Assembly (NCBI GenBank): GCA_963736125.1 | Contig: CAVTNQ010000002.1 | Span: 292,989 to 356,988 of the forward strand | Reading direction: 5' to 3' | DNA length: 64,000 nucleotides | Source of the DNA: Candidatus Latescibacterota bacterium | Lineage (GTDB): Bacteria; Krumholzibacteriota; Krumholzibacteriia; WVZY01; JAKEHA01 | Shown: positions 38,041 to 47,466 of the stretch, one piece after another | Numbering within the stretch: position 1 is the stretch's first letter | Layout of the letters: the number at the start of each line of letters is the position of its first letter | Notes under the pieces: model-generated | Database searches by the model: none | What the model was told of the DNA's origin: nothing | Seen by the model: only the letters and a program-made list of their open reading frames with translations | Made by a program: the position numbers and the translations under genes

Positions 38041-39778
38041 GTGATGCGACGATATGCCGCGCTACTTCTCGCCCTGGCGTTGCTGCTCCCGAGCGTCGCG
38101 GGAGCATCGCGCATCGAGTGCCGCCTCGACGGTGTGAAAGACGAGGACGTCCTCAAGAACATCGAAGCCACGCTCTCGATTTTTCGCGACCGCGACCGCG
38201 ACGACCTGACCCCCGCACGTATTCAGCAACTGCACGAGCGCGCACCCATGGAGATTCGTCGCGCGGTGGAGCCGCTCGGCTACTACCACTGCGAGGTCGA
38301 GGGAGCGCTCACGCCCCGCGACGGAGATAAGTTCGACGCGCGCTACGTCATTTCGCTCGGCGAGCCGGTTCGCGTGGGCCGCGTCAACGTGTCGGTGTCC
38401 GGCGACGGGAGCAAGCGCGCACCGTTCCCAGATTTGGTGGCGAAGTTTCCTCTGCAGCCGGGCAGCGTGCTCGACCAGCGGCTGTACACGCGGCAAAAGA
38501 ATGCCTTCGCGGCGGCGGCGATCGACAGCGGCTACCTGGATGCGACCTTCACCACGAGTGCGATCCACCTGAATCGGGACGACAACGTCGCGGACATCGA
38601 TCTCGTGTTCGCGACCGGGCCGCTGTACCGGTTCGGCCCGGTGACGTTCGATTCGACCTCGGTGGACGAACGCGTCCTGCGGTCTTACCTCACGTTCAAG
38701 CGCGGGGATCCCTTTCGTTACCGCAAACTGCTGTCGTTCCAATCCGCGCTGGGGGGTGCCCCGTACTTCAGCCGCGTGGAAGCGGTTCCGCGCCGCGACG
38801 TGGTGGACGACCACGAAGTTCCCATCGAGGTGAAGCTCACGATGCGCCGGCCGCGTCGCTACGAGGTCGGCGTCGGGTATGGCACCGACACCGGGCCGCG
38901 CATTCTTCTCAATGTCGAGTTCCGCCGCTTGAACCGGGCCGGCCATCGCTACACCGGACGCTTGAATCTCTCCGAGATCGAGCTGTCGCTCAACGCGGAG
39001 TACGTGATGCCATCGCGCTATCCCGATGTGCACGCGTACAGCATCGGTGCGGTGGTCGCGCGTCTCGATCCCGTCTCCTACACCACGACACGGCTGGCGG
39101 TGGGACCGACGCGGTCGCAACCCCGCTTCGGCTGGCGCGAGTCGATCACGATGAGCTACGAGCACGAGGACTACACGGTGGGGCCGGACGAAGGCATCAC
39201 GGACTTGGTCATCGCGGGCCTCACCTACCGACTCAAGCGCGCCGACGACGACATCCTGCCCACGCACGGCTACCGGCTGGACGTCGGCGCGCGCGGCGCC
39301 AGCGATGAGTTGCTTTCGTCACAGAGCTTCCTGTCGCTCACGGGCTCCGCGAAAGGGGTACGCTCGCTGAGCGATCGCGTGCGGGTGTTGGCGCGCGTCG
39401 ACGGCGGGTGGACGTCGACGACGTCGGTGCGCGACTTGCCGCCGACGGTCCGCTTCTTCGCCGGAGGCGACAACAGTGTCCGCGGCTACGAATACGAGTC
39501 GCTGGGCCCGGTCGCGGACGACGGACGCGTGGTCGGCGGCGAATTGGTTGCTCGTCACCTCGGCCGAACTCGAAGTCAGGCTGGCGGGCAAGTTCGGGCT
39601 GGCCGCCTTCTACGACGCCGGCAACGCGTTCTCGTCGCCGGGCGAAGGCGTGATCGAGCGGGGCACGGGTTTGGGACTGCGCTGGCGCTCCCCGGTGGGA
39701 CCGATCCGTCTCGACACGGCGTTCGCCGTCGATCACGACGATTGGCGCATTCACTTCACGATGGGACCCGACCTGTGA
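38041..39778 (+). CDS. tamA: TamA (Omp85/BamA-family outer-membrane translocation-assembly protein), with a 1-nt insertion near 39538
   Basis: Signal peptide; POTRA-like repeats; Omp85 motif RFFAGGDNSVRGYEYESLGP; the barrel end (GLAAFYDAGNAF...GLGLRWRSPVGPIRLD...RIHFTMG) continues in the +1 frame (ORF 39476..39778). Confidence 0.7.
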
Positions 39779-42700
39779 CGCGCGCGCGACGCATTCTTCG
39801 CTGGGTCGGTTTCGGCGTGGGAATCCTGCTGGCACTGGTCGTACTCGTGTCGGCCTTCGTTCTCTTCAGCGAGCCGGGTGCGCGGCTGGCGCTGGGATTC
39901 GCGAACCGGAGCGATGTGCCGGTTCGCGCGCGCTCGATCGAGGGGACGTTGGCGGGGCGCTTCGAGTTGCACGGCGTGGAAGTGCGGGTCGGACGGCTCT
40001 CGGCTTCGATCGACACCGTGCGCGTCGCGTGGCGGCCGCTGGCACTGCGCAAGCACCGCGTCGACATCACGGACGCGACGATCGCGGGGGCGCGTGTCGT
40101 GGTCGGACCGGCGGCGCCGGACTCGGTGCGCCAGGAGAAGAGCGCATCCGCCGACTCGACGCGCGAGCGCTGGGTGGTGACCGCCGATCGCGCGCGGGTT
40201 CGCAATGCCACCCTCGACGCACCCGGCGATGTGCACCTCGTCGATGTCGATCTGGTCGGAAGCGGCGGCCCGGACGGCTATCGCGCCGAGATCACGGCGT
40301 CGGGAGCAGCGTGGCGCGTTCCCGAATTGCGAGCGTTTGTGCGCGCGGCCGGCAACACGCGCGCGGTTACCGTCGACTCGCTCGACGTTCGATTGCTGGA
40401 CGGAACGCTCGCCGGCAACGCGTTCGTGCGCTGGAGCCCGGGGTTGTCGTGGCGCGGCCGCCTGCGCGGCGATTCGCTTCAAGTCGGCGAGTTGAGCGAC
40501 ACGCCGCGTGACTGGCTGGGTGCGGTCGCGTTCCGCGCGCAAACGACGGGGACCTTGCGCGAGGATTCCACGCGCATCGGCATCGACCTCGCGTCGCTGG
40601 ACGGTGTGTTGCGCGGTCGCGCGCTATCCGCGGGCGGACGCATCGACGTCGACGGAACGCGCATCGCGTCGCCGGGTGCCTGGGTGCGCTGGGGTCGTGC
40701 CAGTGTGCGCTTCTCCGGCCGCATGGACGAGATCGCGGACGTCACCCTCGACGCCACAGTACCGTCCCTAGCCGAAATTCTGCCCCGCGCGCAAGGGTCG
40801 GCGCGGTTGCGCGGTCGCGTCACCGGCACTTCGTCGAAGTTCGACGTCGACGTCGAGACGAGCGGTCGAGGCGTGCGCGTGGAGCGCCGGAGCATCCCCG
40901 ATTTCGACGCCACGATCGACGCGACGCTCGTCGCGCGCGACTACGTCCCGGAGAGCGCCGACCTGCGCCGCGCCGAGATACGAGTCGGCCGCGGGAAACT
41001 GGAGGTGCGGGGCGGCGCGTCGTGGCACGACGGCATCGCCTGGAAGGTGGCGCTCGCGGCCGACAATTTCGAAACGTCGACGCTGACACCCGCGCGTTGG
41101 AACCTGTACGGACCGCTCTCGCTGCGCGCCACGACTTCGGGAGAGCGACGCAGGCACGTGCGTGGCACCGCGTCGATCGAGACGCTGTCGGGGTCGATTC
41201 GTGGCGCCGCGCTGAGCGGTGCGGGGAGTGTGGTGGTCGACGGCGGCGAAGCGGACTTCTCGGACGTGCACCTCACGTGGGGCGATGCGCACGCGATCGC
41301 CGACGGTCACGTCGGCGCCACCCTCGACCTCGAGTTCGACGTCGTGGCACCCGACTTGGCTCGGCTCGATGCGACGCTGCACGGTGCCTTGTCGATCCAG
41401 GGGAAGGCGCACGGTGCGCGCACCCGACCCGTCGTCACGGCGACCGTCCGCGCCGACAGTCTGCGCACGCGCGGATACGCGGTGGATCACCTGCGAGCGA
41501 GCATCGACGCCGACCTCGCATTCGCGACGCCGGCCGACGTCCGCGTGTCGGCGTTGGGCGCGTCGCGGGGCGAGACCCGCTTCGACAGTGTCAGTGTCAA
41601 TATCGCCGGACCGCGCGATCGACACCACGCGTCGGTCCTGCTGGCGGCGGGTGACCGACGCCTCACGCTGTCGGTGACGGGTGCCTACGCGGATTCGGCG
41701 TGGTCGGGCTGGATCGAAGACGTGCGGCTTCGTCACCCCGTGGCGGGCGCATGGCACTCGCTCGGTCGCGCGTCCGTCGCTGTGTCTCGCTCACACGTGC
41801 AGCTCGATTCGCTCACCCTCGCGTCGGGGAGCGCGCGTCTTTCCGCCGTCGCCGACTGGCGACGCGGTGGTGCCGCGCGCGTCGATCTCGCCGCCGGCCC
41901 GGGGAAGATCGTGCGCGAAGGGAACGCGATCGAGTACAGCGGCCGGCTCTCGGCCCGCGCCGACACGACGGGTATCTTCGCGCGTCTCGATATCGACCTC
42001 GGTCGCGATGGTGCCCTCGCCAAGGTCGACGGAGAGGCGTCGATGCCGCACTTCGTCATCGGGCGCGATTCGCTCGCGACCCAGCCGCTCGAGGGCAAGA
42101 TCGACCTCCACTGCGCCGACATCGGGCCCGTGCTGGCGGTGCTCGCACCCGACCTGCGCAAGTCGTCGGGTAGGCTCACCGCGCAAATATCGCCCAAGGG
42201 AACCGCGGGGAACTTCGCGCTCGTGGGTCGCGTGGCACTCGAGAAGGCGCGCTTCGACCTTGCGTCCGGGCTGCACCTGCGGGACACGGAACTCTTGATG
42301 GTCGCGGACGGGGACGGCCGCGTGTCGTTGAACGGCACCGCGACGTCGGGCGGGGGACGCGTGCGGGTCGAAGCCACGAGCGCGCGGTCGGCGAAAGGCT
42401 GGATCGAGGGAAGTGTTACCGCCAAGGGCGAGCGCTTCCAACTGATCGACCAGCCCGACGCGCAAGTGTTCGTGTCGCCCGACGTGGAGTTGCGGTTGGA
42501 GCCGCATCACGCGGCCGTGACCGGTACCGTGCGCGTGCCATTCGCGCGCATCGAGACGGCACAGGTGCCGGCGTCGGCCGCCGCGACCTCACCCGACGTC
42601 GTGTTCGTCGAAGACACACTGGCGACGAAGGAGGCCACGACGATGACCGCGAAGGTACGCGTGGAACTCGGCGACAGCGTGAGCTTCACAGGCTTCGGGC

Positions 42701-43365
42701 TGCGCGCGCGACTGGCAGGAAGCCTGGACGTCGACGACGAACGCGGTCGTCCGACGCGCGCAACCGGCGAGATTCAGATCGTGGACGGAAAATATCGCGC
42801 GTTCGGCAGCGAGCTCAAGATCGACCCGGGCCGCCTCGTTTTCGGCGGCGGAGCGATCGACAACCCCGGGCTCGACGTGCGCGCATACCGCGGTTTGAGC
42901 ACCCAACAGGTCACGGTGGGCTCGGGCGACATTGTCGGCGTCATCCTGCGCGGCACGCTGCGCCGGCCGGAACTCTCCGTCTTCTCCAATCCAGCCATGT
43001 CGGAGAGCGAGATCATGTCGTATCTCGTGCTGGGCCGGCCCATGTCATCTGGTGATCAATCGGCGCTGGCCAGTGCCGCGTTGCTCATCGGCATGCAGCA
43101 GGGAACGCAGATCGCGGGCGACATCGGCGGACGCTTCGCGCTCGACGAAGCGTATCTCGAGTCCGGGAGCGAGGCCAACGAGACCGCCTTCGTGGCGGGC
43201 AAGTACCTCTCGCCGACACTCTACGTCAGCTATGCGACCGGTCTGTTCGAGAAGACCAACACCTTCCGCGTGCGCTACTCGCTGGCGAAGCGATGGACCC
43301 TGCAAGCGGAAAGCGGAGATGCCAGCAGCACCGATATCCTGTACTGGTTCGAGCGCGGGAAGTAG
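39775..43365 (+). CDS. tamB: TamB (translocation and assembly module subunit, DUF490/AsmA-like)
   Basis: GTG overlapping the tamA stop (GTGA); N-terminal TM anchor; about 1200 aa of beta-rich repeats; C-terminal DUF490-like end (LGRPMSSGD..., YVSYATGLFEKTN, RVRYSL...WTLQAESGD). Confidence 0.7.
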   Translation: MTRARRILRWVGFGVGILLALVVLVSAFVLFSEPGARLALGFANRSDVPVRARSIEGTLAGRFELHGVEVRVGRLSASIDTVRVAWRPLALRKHRVDITDATIAGARVVVGPAAPDSVRQEKSASADSTRERWVVTADRARVRNATLDAPGDVHLVDVDLVGSGGPDGYRAEITASGAAWRVPELRAFVRAAGNTRAVTVDSLDVRLLDGTLAGNAFVRWSPGLSWRGRLRGDSLQVGELSDTPRDWLGAVAFRAQTTGTLREDSTRIGIDLASLDGVLRGRALSAGGRIDVDGTRIASPGAWVRWGRASVRFSGRMDEIADVTLDATVPSLAEILPRAQGSARLRGRVTGTSSKFDVDVETSGRGVRVERRSIPDFDATIDATLVARDYVPESADLRRAEIRVGRGKLEVRGGASWHDGIAWKVALAADNFETSTLTPARWNLYGPLSLRATTSGERRRHVRGTASIETLSGSIRGAALSGAGSVVVDGGEADFSDVHLTWGDAHAIADGHVGATLDLEFDVVAPDLARLDATLHGALSIQGKAHGARTRPVVTATVRADSLRTRGYAVDHLRASIDADLAFATPADVRVSALGASRGETRFDSVSVNIAGPRDRHHASVLLAAGDRRLTLSVTGAYADSAWSGWIEDVRLRHPVAGAWHSLGRASVAVSRSHVQLDSLTLASGSARLSAVADWRRGGAARVDLAAGPGKIVREGNAIEYSGRLSARADTTGIFARLDIDLGRDGALAKVDGEASMPHFVIGRDSLATQPLEGKIDLHCADIGPVLAVLAPDLRKSSGRLTAQISPKGTAGNFALVGRVALEKARFDLASGLHLRDTELLMVADGDGRVSLNGTATSGGGRVRVEATSARSAKGWIEGSVTAKGERFQLIDQPDAQVFVSPDVELRLEPHHAAVTGTVRVPFARIETAQVPASAAATSPDVVFVEDTLATKEATTMTAKVRVELGDSVSFTGFGLRARLAGSLDVDDERGRPTRATGEIQIVDGKYRAFGSELKIDPGRLVFGGGAIDNPGLDVRAYRGLSTQQVTVGSGDIVGVILRGTLRRPELSVFSNPAMSESEIMSYLVLGRPMSSGDQSALASAALLIGMQQGTQIAGDIGGRFALDEAYLESGSEANETAFVAGKYLSPTLYVSYATGLFEKTNTFRVRYSLAKRWTLQAESGDASSTDILYWFERGK

Positions 43366-43388
43366 ACTAGCGGCGTGAGTGTGCCACC

Positions 43389-43825
43389 ATGACCCAACCC
43401 CTCGTCCGCCCCGCCACCGAACGCGACGCCCCCGAGGTCGCGCGCTTGCTGACCGCACTCGGTCATCCGACCGGCGCGGAGTCGATCGTGTCGCGCTGGG
43501 AGGAATGGATCGCGGCGGGGAACGTCGCGTTGGTCGTCGACGGCGACCGCGGGGCACTCTTGGGTGTCGCGACCTTGCACCACATGGTGGTACTGCACCG
43601 CCCGAAGCCGGTCGGACGCATCACGGCCCTCATCGTCGACGAGCGGCACGCGGACGCGGCGTCGGCCGGGCACTGGTGGCCGCCGCGGAAGCGGAGCTCG
43701 CGCGCGTGGGCTGCGGTTTGTTGGAGATCACGAGCAACGCGCGTCTGGTCGACGCGCACGCCTTCTACGAGCACCTCGGGTACGAGCGAACGAGCGCGCG
43801 CTTCGCGAAGATGCTCAACCGTTAG
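43389..43825 (+). CDS. GNAT-family N-acetyltransferase, with a 1-nt deletion near 43648
   Basis: N-terminal RPATERDAPEVARLL; the acetyl-CoA motif RGRGVGRALVAAAEAELARVGC and the C-terminal EHLGYE are readable only after shifting frame (ORF 43379..43825); the 377-aa ORF 43389..44522 is an artefact. Confidence 0.6.
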
Positions 43826-43832
43826 TTCCCAG

Positions 43833-44654
43833 CTAGAAAGCGATCTGCACGCTCACACCCGGGTCCCCCTCGATGGAAACGGGGTGGAGCGACACGCGGT
43901 CGTCCGCGATGGCGTGAAGCTGCGGGACGAAGTAGCCGATGCCGGCGCCGATCAAGTACCCCGCGATGGCGTCGGTGCGAAAGTGGTGGCCGGAGTCGAC
44001 GCGCAGGATGCCCGTGATCGCCGGCAACGTCGCCGCACCGGCCCACATCGCGATCTTGGCCTTCGGACTCTCGACGTACGCCGAAAAGACGCGCGCCATG
44101 AAGAAGCAATTGCACGCGGTCGACGTGGTGTGGCCCGAGTAGAACGACAGCCGCGCGGATTCCGTCGTTTTCTTGTCGAGTGGAGTGTCGGCGTCGTAGA
44201 CGTACGGGCGCGTTCGCAGCACCGTCGTCTTGACGACACCGTTGATCCCCAGATTGAGTGCCGTCGCTTCCAGCCACATGACCCCGATCGTGTGCCAGTC
44301 GCGCTTGGTGTCGTCGCGCACGAAGGTGGTGAGGGGAAGCAGGTACGAGATCGCCGTGAGCACATCGCCCGAATGCGAGCTTTCGTACGGATTGATGGCA
44401 CCGCGATCGAAGCTATTCACGTCGTCGGGATTGAGGGCGTTGATCTCGTCGACCGTGAGTGGGTCGACGTTGCCGAGGAGAACAAGACTCGTGACGCCGA
44501 GTGCGACACCCGAGCCCAATAGGGCGACCTCGCGCGTCTTCTGGAGTCGAAACGGCGACTGCGCCACACTCGTGTGCGCCATGGCCACGATCGTCAAGGC
44601 GACGATTGCAACGCGCACACCTCGGGCTACTCGAATGGGGAACTCGAACCGCAT
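43833..44654 (-). CDS. PAP2-superfamily membrane phosphatase
   Basis: Signal peptide; PAP2 motifs KxxxxxxRP (KTTVLRTRPY), SFYSGHT and RVDSGHHFRTDAIAG. Confidence 0.7.
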   Translation of the reverse strand: MRFEFPIRVARGVRVAIVALTIVAMAHTSVAQSPFRLQKTREVALLGSGVALGVTSLVLLGNVDPLTVDEINALNPDDVNSFDRGAINPYESSHSGDVLTAISYLLPLTTFVRDDTKRDWHTIGVMWLEATALNLGINGVVKTTVLRTRPYVYDADTPLDKKTTESARLSFYSGHTTSTACNCFFMARVFSAYVESPKAKIAMWAGAATLPAITGILRVDSGHHFRTDAIAGYLIGAGIGYFVPQLHAIADDRVSLHPVSIEGDPGVSVQIAF

Positions 44655-44790
44655 GGTGGGGGCCGATCTTACTGCACGCGCGGCAACGGGGCCAGCGCTA
44701 TCGCACCGAACCGTCGTGGACAATCCGCGGCGCGTGCGTTAGCCTGTCCTCCATGAAGGGCTCCTACCGAGCGCTCATGCTTTTGGCGGC

Positions 44791-47458
44791 ATGACGCTCA
44801 ACCCCGGCACCAAACTCGGTCCCTACGAAATCCTCGTCCCCCTGGGCGCGGGCGGCATGGGCGAAGTCTATCGCGCGCGCGACACGCGCCTGGGCCGCGA
44901 CGTGGCCATCAAGGTGCTGCCCCAGCATCTCTCGTCGAATCGCGGAAGTGCGCGCGCGCTTCGAGCGCGAAGCGAAGACGGTCTCCGGCCTCAATCACCC
45001 GCACATCTGCACGCTCTTCGACGTCGGCCGCGAAGGCGAGACGGACTTCTTGGTGATGGAATTGATCGACGGCGAGACGCTGGCGAAGCGCCTCACGAAG
45101 GGCCCGATGGCGGTGTCGGAGGTCGTGAAACTCGGCGTGCAGATCGCCGACGCGCTGGACGGCGCGCACCGCGCCGGCATCGTCCACCGCGACTTGAAAC
45201 CCGGCAACGTGATGCTGACCAAGTCGGGTGCGAAACTCATGGATTTCGGCCTCGCGCGCGCGACCGGCCTGGCCAATCCGTCGGGCAGCGGCGCGTCGAT
45301 GGAATCCCTCACGCAATCGCCCACGATCGCACAACCGCTGACGGCGGAAGGGACGATCGTCGGCACGTTCCAGTACATGTCGCCCGAACAACTCGAGGGC
45401 AGCGAAGCCGACGCGCGCAGCGACCTGTGGGCGCTGGGATGTGTTCTCTACGAAATGACGACGGGCAAACGCGCCTTCGAGGGCAAGAGCCAAGCGTCGT
45501 TGATCGGCGCCATCATGAATTCCCAGCCGGCGCCGATCTCGCAGTTCGCCCCCATGAGCCCGCCCGCCCTCGAACGCCTGGTCAAGCAATGTCTCATTCG
45601 CGACGCCGACGAACGCTGGCAGTCGGCCGGCGATGTGCGCCGCGAGCTGGAGTGGATTGCCGGCAGTTCGTCGCAGAGTGCGGCGCCGCCGATTGCGCAT
45701 CGCCGAAGATTCTCGCGCGGAGCGATCGGCCTTTTCGCCGGCATCCTGATCGCGGCCGTGGCGATCGCGCTCTCGTTCGGTCCGGGAAGGAAACACAGCG
45801 GCGCGGGGCCTCTCATGCGCTTCAGCCTGGAAGCGCCCCGCGGATCGATCCTGACGCAACCCGCCGAACTGGCGTTGTCGCCGGATGGGACCATGCTGGC
45901 GCTGGTCGCGGCCGACAGTGTTGGAAAAGCGTCGATCTACATTCGTCCTCTGGCGAGCGCGGAAGCCCGCGTACTACCGGGGACGGAGTTGGGTTCGCTC
46001 CCGTTCTGGTCGCCCGACAGCCGCACGGTCGCTTTCTTCTCCGGGGGCAAGCTGCGCAAGATTGCCGTCGGTGGTACCGAGCCGGTGGTTCTGTGCGATG
46101 CGCCCGACGCGCGCGGCGGTGACTGGTCCAAGAACGGCGTGATCGTATTCGCCCCCAACAATCAGGGCCCGATCGCGCGCGTGTCCGAAAACGGCGGAGA
46201 TCCGGAGCCGGTGACGACGATCAACGCAGCGCGCCACGAACGCGGCCACCGCTACCCGCAGTTTCTTCCCGATGGAAAACATTTTCTCTACGTGGCGGTC
46301 GGTGCCGACGAGACGGTGGTCACCTACCGCGCGTCGATCGAAGGCGGCGATGCCGAGGAAGTCTGCCAGGGTGGATCCGAGGCACGGTGGGCGGAACCGG
46401 GATATTTGTTGTTTCTAGACAGCGGAGTCAATTCTCCCCGCCGCCGTCTGCTCGCGCAGCGCGTCGATCCGGGCACCCTGCGCGCCACCGGAGATCGGGA
46501 ACTCGTGTTGGACCCGGTCAACGCGACCAACTTTGGCTATGCGAACGTGACCTCGGATGCCCGCAACACGCTCGTGGTGCAGCATTGGAGCGACGCCCAC
46601 CGGAGCCTGGAGTGGGTCGACCGGCGCGGCGTGAAGCTGGGCACCGTAGTCGACGACCTGGCGCTCGGCACGCTGGCACTGAGTCCCGACGGCGAACGAC
46701 TGGCGTATTCCGGCCTGGACCCGCAGGACCTGTTTGTCCTGGATCTCAAGACCGGTGTCTCCACGCGGCTGACCTTCGAGAACAAGAGCATTACGACCAT
46801 CGTGTGGTCGCCCGATGGCCACACCCTCGCGTTCTCACGTCTCTCGAGCGGATGGCAGATGTACATGAAAGCCGCGGACGGCACGGGACCCGATTCACTC
46901 CTGTTTCGCGGCCCCGCGATGTTCAACTTTGCCGACAATTGGTCGGAAGACGGACGCTGGATCGTCGCCGAGTGCGCGGACAGCAGCGGCAATCGCGATC
47001 TCTGGAAGATACCGATGCAGGGTGGCGGACGGCCGTCGGTGTATCAGCGAACGCCCGCGGCGGAACAGGGGGCGTCGTTTTCTCCAGACGGTAAGTGGAT
47101 CCTGTACCAGGTTCCCGAGGGCGACGAGTTCCCGCTCTATGTGCAATCATTCCCGACGCCAGGGTCGAAGTACCAGGTGGCTTTCAAGAATCCGCTGGGC
47201 GCGGGGTGGTCCAAAAAGGGGAATGCGATTTTGGTTGGTGGTGGCGATAACGAGGTGTTTTCCATCGATGTTTCCACTGCGGGCGGTTTCCGCCAGGGCG
47301 CCACACATCGTCTCTTCCGTATGGAAGCGGCCCAAATCTTTTCCGGCATCGCACCCGGCGAGCAGAAATTTCTGATGGCGCGGCTCAAAGACGTCTCGTC
47401 GCTTTCGCGCATCGAAGTCGTCCTCAACTGGCCGTTGCTCCTGAACCACTCGAAATAG
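44791..47458 (+). CDS. Membrane Hanks-type Ser/Thr protein kinase with TolB-like beta-propeller ectodomain (paralogue 1; 1-nt insertion near 44940)
   Basis: Kinase subdomains ([29 protein letters not shown]); a single TM helix; repeated LSPDG/FSPDG/WSPDG beta-propeller blades; the N-terminal 50 aa are in a different frame from the rest (ORFs 44791.. and 44948..). Confidence 0.7.
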
Positions 47459-47466
47459 ATCGAAAG

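Noticed and set aside
38041-43365. A single 1774-aa ORF in the six-frame track
   Set aside because: It is a chimera. The TamA frame loses its Omp85 barrel end to a +1 frameshift at about 39538 (the end is in ORF 39476..39778) and then reads through, with no stop, into the in-frame tamB, which really starts at GTG 39775.
43389-44522. A 377-aa ORF extending the GNAT acetyltransferase
   Set aside because: Only the first about 90 aa are GNAT-like. The acetyl-CoA-binding motif and C-terminus are in the neighbouring frame (ORF 43379..43825). The rest overlaps the convincingly annotated PAP2 gene on the opposite strand and has no domain content.
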